DNA of 64,000 nucleotides from Carcharhinus longimanus (Eukaryota), in NCBI GenBank assembly GCA_030264375.1, contig JASCQW010000128.1, forward strand, positions 12,334,333 to 12,398,332, written 5' to 3'. The notes under the pieces are model-generated. The model did not search any database. It saw nothing but the letters and a program-made list of their open reading frames with translations, and was not told the origin of the DNA. The translations under genes were made by a program, and so were the position numbers. Below are positions 12,201-24,200 of this stretch, in pieces. How positions within the stretch are numbered: the first letter of the stretch is position 1; each line of letters starts with the position of its first letter.

Positions 12201-15200
12201 TGGCAGGGAAGAGACTGAACTAGGGACTGGGGGAGTGCCAGAATACTCAGCCCGAAGCTGGGAATCGCACAGACTTGCAGATCATAACCTCATGGAGACC
12301 AAAGCCGGGTGACGGAGCTTGCTAGGACCTGAAAAATCACATTGGCTGACTTCAAAATCATTGCTGTAATTATCATAGAATCCCTAGAGTGCAGAAGGAG
12401 GCCATTCAGCCCATCGAGTCTGTACCAACTCTCTGGCAGAGTATCTTCCCCAGGGCCTCTCTCCTGCCCTATCTCCATAGCTTCACACATTTACCGTAGC
12501 TTATTCTAATCTACACATCTTGGGGCACTAAGGGGTAGTTCACCATGGCCAATCCACCGTACCAGCACATGTTGTGAGTTATTTGACATCTTATGATCCC
12601 ACCTCTCCTGCACCACCTCTGCCTTTGAGCCTGTGTAGCTGTGCAAGAGATGATTTGTTTTTATGCCACCGGGTGTTAAAGTCAATGCATTTGTCTCTAT
12701 GGTGCTTCTAACCTGTGTGAGATGGGTTCAATATGTAGCAGGAAAGAGCTGTCATTTGTTCTGATCTTTGTGATTATGTAAAGCAACAAGAATCTTTCTT
12801 GCTAAAGAAAATATTGCTGTTTGTCTAGGCCTTTATTGCAGTTCAGTATCCCACAAGTACTACCTGTAATATTTATCAGTCTGAATATGTAATGAAAAAA
12901 TATTAAAAAACACATGTTTTTGTTATAGTTTCTGGTCACAATTTTTTCATCTTTTCCTTCTCCCCTAAAGAGGTTGACTCATTGTTGTTCAGTGGACAAC
13001 AGGTATCTGTCCTATGGTGTCATTTCCCAGTCCTTATTAGTCATGCGTTAACTTTGACAGCAAGTGGTGGCAAGATATTCATCAGTGTTTCTGGTTTCCA
13101 AGTCATTAATGAACACAATCATTGGAAATGCTACATCTTCTGACCGCAGGTAGCCTGACTGATCTCCTGCCTGTCATTCCATCAGGGCTTTTGGGATCAG
13201 AAAACAAATTTATAAATATGCATCGTTCTCTTTCCAGCCACTCCAAAAGAAGCATTTGCCAAAATATTTTGATAACTTAATTAAGTGAGCTGTCAAACAA
13301 TATCACTGGCGCTTGTACACTGCTTGACTTTGCTGCCTCAGGGCAAATCTAATGAGTTCTGTTGGAAATGTGGAGATTAATATATGATCCTGATGGCTGT
13401 GATCGGGTTGTAAAAGAGTGAGCCAATTGAAAGCTTTGGATGACCTCATTAACTGAGAGCAAAGTTCGAGTTGACTCTCAAAGCCCTAAGATTGTACTCA
13501 TCCTCTAACAGTTTTTATTTTATATTATTAGTGAATCCCGTTTTGCTTGAATGGTGGTCATGACTTTTTTTGATCTTATCAATTAGGTCTACCAGACTTT
13601 ATAGAAAATCAGTGGGCCTAATTTAATGTAGATGACAGGCTCTCGCCCGCCGGCTGGAGATCTGGCAATAACTCCATGTCGTCTCATTTCGGGAAGGCCC
13701 ATTGCATGAAATGCAATTCAGGCACTTAATTGGGCAGCAGCGGGCCTCCCCCTGGATCTAGCATCTTGCCTGCTGAGAGGTGCCAACCAGTCAGAGACTG
13801 GCACCTCTTCATTGTTCAGCAATGCCACCAGGGAGGAGTTAGCTGCTGCCAGTAATGTTCCCCCACCTGAGGTCCAGGATTGCTGAGGGAGCCAACCACA
13901 AGTGAGTGAGTGGTGGCAAAAGGGGGATCGTGGGTAAAGTTCATGGATGACAAGGAGAGGGTCGGCAGCAAGGTCAGGGGGGTGGCTCTCAGTGGGCCCA
14001 GTTAAGTAACCCCATTTCCTAACTCACCATGAGGGGGCTATTAAATTCTTCCCAGTTTGTTTTACAAATTTGCTCTTTTGGTTGAATTACAGAAAGGATT
14101 CAGACTATGAGGATTTTCTTTCCTTCAATATGTTCTTTGTCACTNNNNNNNNNNNNNNNNNNNNNTGTTTGGTTTGAGCACCATAGGTATGAGTGTGAAA
14201 TTGGCTGAGCACTCATCCAATGATGCTATCAGGAGGCACAAACCACTTTCAGGCTCAGGCCTCATGAACACTTTGTTGATGAGTTGTGAAGGACAAATAG
14301 GCAACCTATTAAAGCTCACCTGTTCCGTAGGGAGAAACATCAACCAGTTACCCCATGAGACAGTCAACAGGTCAGTCTTGTCTCGGGATGGATGTGGGAG
14401 GCAGTTGGCGTAAACACCAAGAGGGGACACCTCCTGGCTTTCTTCTTTGGCTTGCTAATTGAGTCTCTCAGAGCCTGGAGAATTGGTAACTTTGACCCTC
14501 ACAGTGATAACTGGACATGACTGACTTTGCAGTGATGTTGTGATTGTAATTGTGCTGTTCCATATGTTAATAACTATGATAGTGATTATGTAGATGAGTG
14601 CCAGGTACAAAGTGACGATAGCACTTCTGGTTCTTTGTTTTCCCCTGTTTCTTCAGCCGTTACTTGTTATTTTGTTTTTGACAGTATTACAGAGGAGGAC
14701 AATGATAGCATCTGCTGTTACACCTTTGATGCCATGCAGATGGAAACAGATGGTAAATTTGTATTTTGACTAATTTTCTGATTAGTGAAGCACAGACTAA
14801 TAGCACCAAGCATTGATAATACATTCATGTAATTCAATTTGGAGTCGGAGAGGGAGGGATACACGATCCATTAGTTCAGGGTGACTCAGGGTGGGTAGAA
14901 GTTATATTGGATATGTGCAAACAAACATACGAATTAATTGCAGGAGTAGACAGACATTCAGCCCCTTGAGCCTTCTCTGCCATTTGATAAGATCACAACT
15001 GAGCTCATTTTCAATTATATAATGTTCTGAATAGACCTCATGTTGAATATTACATTCAGTTCTGGGCATACAGCTCAGAAGCAGCTTGGAGAAAGTACAG
15101 CTCAGATTTACCACAGAGATACCTGGATAAAACAGTTGAATTATGAGAACAAGTCATTTGGACAAGGCTTGCATTTCCTTGAAAAGGAGAATTATTCTTT

Positions 15201-18200
15201 TGATTGAAGAATAAAGCTGATCTGATTGAAGTATTTAAGATGATTAAAGCAATTGATAGAGAAGATTGAAAGTGTTCCTGTAGTGGAGGAGTTCAGAAAC
15301 AGGGGCGGAACCTTAAAATTAGAGCTAGACTTTTCCAAAATGATGTCAGGATGCACTTATTGACACAAACATTCATGGAAATCGCCCCCAAAAAGCTTTG
15401 ACGTTGGGCCCATGGACAAATTGATAGATTTTCATGAGGCAAGATTATTGAAGGTTGTGGAACAAAGCCAGGTGGATAGAGTTGACATTTCAATCACCCC
15501 ATTTGAATGGCACAACAGACTTTTAGGGCTGAATAGCCTCCAGTTCCAATGTTTCTTGTCTGCGCTCAGCTCAGTAATATTGACAAACTTCTAATTAGTC
15601 TTATTTTGTGAATGCAGATGAATATCAGGACAGAATCTCTCATGGACCACCTTCCATCCATTCATCATCATCATCACATCAATCTGAAGCTTTAGATTCA
15701 TGTGAATTGGACCATATGAACTCCATATTTAGAAAGTTTTCCTTGGAAAGGTATGGGTGAAAAAGTAAAGTTTTAATAATTATTCTGAGCACAGCTACTC
15801 AATGTGGCGATACTTTGCTTTGAATATAGACATTTTTTGTTAAATTCACTGGGAATAATTTTGGCTTTGTGGGGTAGTGTGAAACTAAAGCAAACTGACA
15901 GACCATTTATCATCATTCTTTGTTTTTATCTCCATTGAAGTTGAAATAAAAATGACAAGAAATGGAAGAAAGACTGCTAACTTGCTCTCACCTGTTCTAT
16001 GCTGTCACACAAAGTCAAGCTCTATTCCACTGTAACTGAGACTGAAAATTGTGTGTGAGAAATACCACTGTAATGTAGCATCGATTTTCTTTCTGTTAGT
16101 TTGACTCGTGCCAGGATTTTATGGGGCCCAGTAAAGAGTGCTGCGATGTGGAGAGGGGGGTGAAAAATCACATCTGATGGCATGGGGTGGCTGGCATTTT
16201 ATCAGCAGTAGGGAAGGAGGCAGACAGCCCCCCTACCCTGAGATCAAGTGAAGCCAGTTAAAGGCTACTTAAGATCCTCTTCCCTCTGCTGCTGATATTC
16301 TACATCCAGCCAGGGTGGGATAGACCTTTATTATGTGAGGAGATTGTCAGATAAACCCTGATGGCCCCCTTGCAGATTGGGAGGCAAGCGAGCCCTTTGG
16401 ACTGAGCCCATCTGTCCTCCTCCCAGTGACAAGGATCACCCCCTTGAAAGCACTCCCCTAACTTCACAAATGGCATCGCCATCTTCCTGGAACCTGCCTT
16501 TCTGGTATTAGTGAGCTGACTTCCTGGTCAATCCTCTATTCTTGCTGGTCTTGCCACTTTGCTGTTCCAGTAGTGAATACCGCTCCCAGTGGCCAATATG
16601 GAGCTGCTGACTATCTGATCAGCTGACATCTCTTAGAGTGGAATCTCATTCCTTAAAGGGACGCATGCCCTGAGAGCGGGCAGGTATTGGTGGTCCCATA
16701 ACCAACCACGGCAGAGTTGACTCTGACTTTCTACCTGGTGGACAGGCCATTGCAACCCCATAAGATCTGGTGTGGGAATGTTGATGTGGAGATGCCGGTG
16801 TTGGACTGGGGTAAACACANNNNNNNNNNNNNNNNNNNNNNNNNNNNNNNNNNNNAAAGTCCAACCAGTTTATTTGATAGTAAACCCACAAGCTTTCAGA
16901 AATGTTGTTCCTTCATCAGGTGTATGGAAGGTTCTCCTGACGAAGGAACAGCGTTTCCGAAAGCTTGTGGGTTTACTATCAAATAAATTGGGTGGACTTT
17001 AACATGGTGTTGTGAGACTTCTTACTGTGGGAATGTTGAACATTGGAGTAGCCACTGAATGAATAATGCATTGTTACATGTGCCACCCTTTGAATGAGGC
17101 AGTAAACTGTTAGTCAAGTGCTAAGGATCCCAAGAAACGTGCAGAGAGAAAATCAGAGGAGTTGTTAAATGAATTGTCATCACCTACATATTACCCAATG
17201 TTCAAAGTTCAAAATTCATCCCCATGAATTTTAATGGGAGACAGTGATAGAGATTGCATCTTTGATATTAAACTCTTATCACAAACTCCTATTAGTTTAC
17301 AGCATCACAGATAATGATCTGTGAGAATTACCCATCTTTTTGTCAGCATTTTGAATCATAGAATGATTATAGCATGAAATGAGGCCTCATGCATTCCCTG
17401 TACCCTGCAATTTTTTTCTTTTCATGGGGTTGGCCAAATTCCTTTTGCCCCAACGACACTGTCAGGCAGTGTGTTCCATATACTGACCCCTCACTCCCTA
17501 ATCAGGATTTTCGTCCTGTTCTGTTGTTTCTTTTTGTCCAACACATTAAGTCAGTGTCCTCAGGTTTTCGATCCTTTTGCCAACAGGAATGGTTTCTTTC
17601 TAGCTAGCCTGTCTTCACTTGTCATAATTATGTCCACCTCTATCCAACACTCTGATGAATACAAATGATTAGTGCCCTTGATTATTTTTCTTCTATGTAT
17701 CCCTGTAGACCCTTTCGTCCTTCTCTAAGCTCCGCCACCCAGATCAGTAATCCTTTGAAACATATGATGCACGCAACACTCAATGGTGATAACCTGGTGA
17801 CCGAAATCTCCATTGTTGGTGGAAATGAGAGAGGCCTTTTCATTCGAACAGTACAGCTGGGTTCTGCTGCAGAGAAGGCAGGGCTGAAGGAAGGACACCA
17901 ACTGATTTTGGTAAGAATCATTGTGCAGTACCACGAGGAAGTGGCAAGGTTTGAGAAATGTTGTTGCACTGGCTGATGCAGGAAAAAAGGAAATTGACTG
18001 ATATAAATGCTAATTCACACCAGTGTTAGTATTGAGAACATTGATTGTGTCCATCTAAAATGGAAAATGAGAATGCATTTTGAAAACTATACAGATAATC
18101 AAGTGTCTGCCTGATTGAAAAGCCAAGAAGCAATCTGAGGTCTCTGACAAAGTGTAAGTGGTTATTCTCATTGCTGTTGCATCCTTATTGATAGGTACAT

Positions 18201-21200
18201 GATTGTGTAGGATTGATTGTAAACTGTCTGGTAACAGATACAAGTCACCAGCCATTTTACAAGCAAATGTAAATTGAAACAAATTATTTATATTACCACA
18301 AAGCAGACAACACCAAGACCTGTACGATGAAGGTCAAAGGTTTTTTAACCAGGCACGTTTCAAAAGTTGAAATGAGCTTAAATTATCAGGCACTGCTGCC
18401 TAAAACTCTATCTACATACTCTGTTTGGACACTCAAGTGCCAGCTTGGCTTGGTGGTTTGCACATGTGCCTTTGAGTCAGAATGTTGGTCGTTCAAGAAC
18501 TTGACTATTCTAGGCTCACAGCAACGCTAGGGGAATGCCACATTACAAGAGGAGCCATCTTTTGTATGTGAGGCTGCATCAGTCTCTTGCTTATCTTAAA
18601 AGAACAAGGGGATCTCAGAGCTACCTGGTCAATATTTATCCCTCAAACAACAGATTTTCAGCACTTTCAGTATTTGAGGTGCCTTGGGACATTTTGAAGA
18701 CATGAAAGATGCTAAGCAAATCTTCACAGAATGATAGTCCTGTATACTTGCAAGCCTCATCAAAAAGTACATTGAATTTTGACATTAGTTTTGTTTTCTA
18801 TGCTGGGCCTTGGACAATTATTATTTATTCATCATGGCAAAAGAAATGGGGAAATGAGGAGGATATCTTTTATGCAGCGATGTGTTATGATCTGGAACGC
18901 ATGGCTAGAATGGATGAAAGCAGATTCAACATTAATTTTCAGAATGGAATTGAATATATTCTTGAAAAGGAGAAACTTGTCAGGCTATTGACAAAGATCA
19001 GGGGAATGGGGCAAATAGATAGTTCTTTCAAAGAGCTAACTAAGACATAATCTGGTGAATGGCCTCCTGCTTTGTACTCCACATGCATTGAAAAATGGGA
19101 CTGTGAAATGTCTTGGAGCAAGGTTTTCCAGCCTGCCCTGCCACCAGGATCATCCAGTCCTACCAAAAGTCAATGGACTTTTAGCTGGGCAGCCAAATCG
19201 CACACAGCAGGTCCCACCACTAGAGAGCCAGAAGATCCTGGCTTGAGTTTTAGTTAAAGATTATTTATTAGTGTCACAGGCTAACATTAACACTGCAATG
19301 AAGTTACTGTGAAAATCCCCTAGTTGCCACAGTCCGGCACCTGTTTGTATACACTGAGGGAGAATTTAGCATGGCTATTACACCTAACTAGCACATCTTT
19401 TGGACTATAGGAGGAAGCCTGAGCACCTGGAGGAAAGCCACGCAGACACAGGGGAGAACGGACTGTGACCCAAGCCGGGAATCAAACCTGGGTCCTGGCA
19501 CTGTGAGGCTGCAGCACTAACCACTGTGCTACTGTTGATGAAATAGCTAATCTAGTCTTTTTCAACAATTTATCTTTTGCTGTTTGTCGAATGGAAATAT
19601 ATAAGATGGGATGAACCAAGTGACTGCCCCAGTGGTTAGCATTGCTGCCTCACAGCGCCAAACACCCAGGTTTGATTCTGGCCTTGGGTGATTGTCTGTG
19701 TGGAGCTTGCACATGACAGCTTCTCAATCACTCCATGCGGTGGCAAGTTCCACATTGTAACCACTGTCTGGAGAAAGAAATTTACCCTGAAGTTTTTACT
19801 AGAATTGTTAATGACTCTTTAATCTTTATCACTCCCAGTTATGGACTGCACACCTCTATAAAGTAGATAAATTTAATCTGTTTATTCACTTTCCACCTCC
19901 TAAGGTTGAGGCTGTATTGTTGTAGAGTTTGTGATTAGGTCAAACATGCCAATCGCGTGCAGTTCAACTGTGCCCTTAAAACTCTGAATATGCTAATTAG
20001 ATTTCTAATTTCCTTCCTTCAGTGTAAACATTTGTATTTCAGAAAGGGTGTTATACAATATAAATAACTATCTGCAGTTCACTATAGAATTATTAATTAG
20101 AAGAGAATTAACCTTTACAAAAGACCTTAAATCACTCAGGAATTTATAAAGCAGCCTTAATTAATCTTGAATGACAGGCTTTAAGATAGGGAAGTTGCTA
20201 TATGTTTTTTTGTATTCTGGGGCTGAAATCTTATTTGTGGAATTAAAATTCCATTCCCAGGCAGTCCTACCAGACAACTTGCTAGTCTTGGGAAAAGGCC
20301 CCTTGAGACATTAAGGCAATTGTACCTTAATATTTATTGCCATAGCAACAGTAGATCATATTGTCCTTGCAGATACCGTGGGTTTTTTTTACAGAAGATA
20401 AACTAATGTTGCCAGTTCTTCTTAAGGTTAGAGTTGAAAATTGGTTATGGCTCATTTTTGAGTGTGACCATTTCACACCTGTTGCTTTTGAAGTAGATAC
20501 TGTGAGTGAAGGTATTGCTCGCTGCCTGCATGCTCAGCACGGGGCCAAACAGCATGCATTGCTGGCACATCTTGTGGAAGGGCTGCTTCTGGCAGCCTGT
20601 ACTGATGATGTGGAGATGCCAATGTTGGACTGCGGTAAGCACAGTAAGAAGTCTCATAACACCAGGTTAAAGTCCAGCAAATTTATTTGGTTGCACAAGC
20701 CATAAGCTTTCTGTGTCTATATATGCCCTGTTTGTGAACACAACTCCCATTCACCTGATGAAGGGGGCAGTGCTCTGAAAGCTTGTGGCTTATGCTACTA
20801 AATAAACCTGTTGGACTTTAACCTGGTGTTGTGAAACTTTTTACTGAGCCTGTATTGACATAGGCTGCATGTTGGAGCTGCACTAATGGAGCGTCTGGGA
20901 AGAAAGCGGACCCTTAGATTTCATGGCTGCTATGTTGGAGCTGGACAAGGAGAGAGAGAGAGAGAGATCATGTTTTTATCAGGAGGCCCTCAAGGACTAT
21001 GTTCCAAAGGAAGTGGGAGACATGCTGAGGGAGCTTAGTGCCCAGAGTCTAGTCCAATTTACTTGGCAGCAGAAACTTGAGAGAGTTTGATGGTCTCACT
21101 CAATGGTCAAGACCAGTGAGTGTATCTTCACATGACACGGATGGCACAATGACGCAGTGGTTAGCACTGCTGCCTCACAGCACCAGGGACCCAGGTTCAA

Positions 21201-24200
21201 TTCTAGTATTGTGTCACTGTCTGTGCAGAGTTTTCACATTCTCCCCTTGTCTGCATGGGTTTCGTCCAGGTGCTCCAGTTTCCTCCCACAGTCTAAAGGT
21301 GTATGGGTTAGGTTGATTGGCCATGCTAAATTGCCCCATAGTGTCAGGGGGATTAGCTGGGTAAATATGTGGGGTTATGGGGATAGGGCCTGGGTGGGAT
21401 TGTGGTCAGTGCAGATTCGATGGGCCAAATGGCCTCCTACTGCACTGTAGGAATTCTTTGAGACATCTCCTGCCCACCATTCCACCAGCCTTGCGTGGTG
21501 CTCAATAACCCCATCACCCCAAGGAAATCTGTCTGTATCTGGTAGGGGAAATTTGGTATGTCTGCGATGACTTTCACCAATTTTAGGGTGGCACAGTGGT
21601 TAGCAGTGCTGCCTCACAGCTCCAGAGACCTGGGTTCAATTCCCGGCCTCGGGTCACTGTGTGGAGTTTGCACATTCTCCCCATGTCTGCGTAGGTTTCC
21701 TCCAGGCGTTTTGGTTTCCTCCCACAGTCCAAAGCTGTGCAAATAAGGTGGACTGGCCATGCTAAATTGCTTCTTAGTGTCCCGGGATGTGTATGTTAGA
21801 GAGATTAGCAAGGTAAATATGTGGGGTTTCGCGGATAGGGCCTGGGTAGGATTGTTATTGGTGCAGACTCGAAGGGCCGAATGACCTCCTTCTGCACTGT
21901 AGGGGTTCTATGATCACTAACCCAGCAGCAATTCCTGGCATTCAGGTTCACTCCTAACACCCACATACACTTACCTCTCGCATGTCCAAATAGCCTCATA
22001 CCCAGTTCTCACAGACCTCCAAAGAACAAAGAACAACACAGCACGAGAAACAGGCCCTTCGGCCCAACGAGCCCGCACCGCCATCTTAACAATGTATTTT
22101 TCCTACACCACCCTTGACCCGTGTTTATGCTTATGGGGATATGCCAGGCCATGAGGTTACAGATTGTGGTCGAGTACAATTCTGTTGCTGCTGATGAGGA
22201 CCTCATGTGGACCTCAGCACCTCAGCACTTCATGGATGCCCAGTTTTGCTGGATCTGTTCAAAATCTATCCCATTTAGCACGGTGGTAGCGCCACACAAT
22301 ACAGTGGAGGATATGTTCAATGTGAAGACAGGAGTTTGTCTCCACAACGACTGTGCAGTGGTCACTCTTACGGATACTATCGATATTCTTACGGACAGAC
22401 GCATTTGCAGCAGGCAGGTTGGTGAGAATGAGGTCAAGCATGTTTGTCCCTCTTCTTGGTTCCCTCACCACCTGCAACAGAGCCAGCCTAACAACCATGT
22501 CCTTTAGGTCTCAGCTAACTGAGTTTTGTGGTGGTTCTTCCGAGCCACTCTTGATGACGGACATTGATACGAGAACTGACATCATTGACTTTTAATTCCA
22601 GATAGTAATTGAATTCAAGTTCCACCCTTCACCATGGTGGAATTTGAACCACAGTCCCCAGAGCATTTCCCTGGGGCAATTTTTACCTTTGGATTACAAG
22701 TGCAGTGACAGAACCATTAAGACTCTTCTGAGACCCTGTAATGATTCTGTTTTATTGAACAGTCTCAACATTGCCAATCTGGCCTCAAAACTGAAATTTC
22801 TCATGCCTGGAAGCACTGTTATAAACCTCTTCCGCACTCTCTCCAATGTGTTCACATTCATCCTATGACACCCAGAACTGTACACAATATACAGCTGAGT
22901 GGCTGAGATCTAATTATTGCTATAACTGCAATCTCCAAAATTACCAAAGACCATCACAACAGAATCAATGTAGGCCCTGTCCTGTGGATCTCTTTTTGTA
23001 AAGTCATGTAATGCAATTCTGGAGTTAACAATTGTTCTGTCAATGACATGGCATCAGTGGAATCCCTTTCCCAACACCAGTGTGTACTGATTTTTATTCT
23101 GTAAACTTGCTTGAGCAGGTTATTTCTTATGTTAACATGTGGGGGCGGAGGTGGATTTGATAAGACATGGGTCAGGTAGGAGGCTCTGGTTCGGAGGCAG
23201 ACTGCATTAATCTAGCACCTACAACATTAGTAAGTGTACCAAGGCACTTCACTGATATAACACTGACAACAAGCTCACAGGAGGAGACAGAAAGGGCTAG
23301 AGTTTGGGCTCCAGCTAGGGCCAAAATGGAAGGTAGCTGGAAGCTAAGAACAGCTGTGTCAGCTGGAGTGGTTTGACAACTCCATCCTGCCTCCAGACCA
23401 TGTTCGTGGAAGGGAGTTTGGCAGCCAGCAGGGCTACCTGACTGCAACAATTGGACACATTAAAGACCACTGGACCAATTAAAGGAGGCTTTCCAGTCTG
23501 GTTTCTGCATGTGGTAGGGGCTGGTTTAGGTCCCCGAAGATGGCGTCCCAGCAGAATTAGGCCAGAGGGCCAGTGTTTCAATCAGCCACAGAGGCACTCG
23601 CTGAGGTGCAGGAGCAGCCAGAGGTCACTCTCCTCCCTCCCACCCCGCAGAGTGGGGGTCTGGAGAGAGTAGAGATTGGAAAGGGCAGAAGGAGGTATTC
23701 AGCACATTGAGTCTACACCTACTCTCCAACAGAGCATCTTACCCTGGCAATCCCCCACTCCCATGTCTGTAACCCGCTTATATACATGGCCAATCCCCCC
23801 CTAACCTGGACATCCTTGCACACTAAGGGGTAACTTACCATGGCCAAACTACATAACCCGCACATCTTTGGACTGTGGGAGGAAATGCACACAGACAGGG
23901 GGAGAATGTGCAAACTCCACACTGACAGTCACCCAAGGCCAGAATTGAACCCAGTTCCCTGGCGCTGTGAGGCTGCAGTGCTTCCACTGTACCATCATGC
24001 CACCCCTACTTCTGATTGGCTCTCAAAGCTGGAAGACCACTCTGTCTCCAGGCTAGTCAAGGGGACACAATGAAAATCACAATGACACTGTTCCTGAAAC
24101 TCCTCTCTCCTCAGCCCCCGCAGAGAATGGGGGCACCTTCAAAATCCAGAAGCAGTCTTAGCTTTTGTTCCTGCTCCATTCCCCTACCACCCTCCCTCCT

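Larger units (their letters stand above)
16785..17025. mobile_element. Palindromic Penelope-like mini-element with two back-to-back hammerhead cores
   Basis: The two arms are reverse complements of each other. A perfect 14-bp TSD, TGTGGGAATGTTGA, lies at 16771-16784 and 17026-17039. Confidence 0.85.

Noticed and set aside
15660-15676. (TCA)n microsatellite
   Set aside because: It encodes the conserved poly-Ser of the CARD11 linker.
21140-21215. tRNA-like sequences at SINE heads
   Set aside because: These are A/B-box heads continuous with SINE bodies, not cloverleaf tRNA genes.
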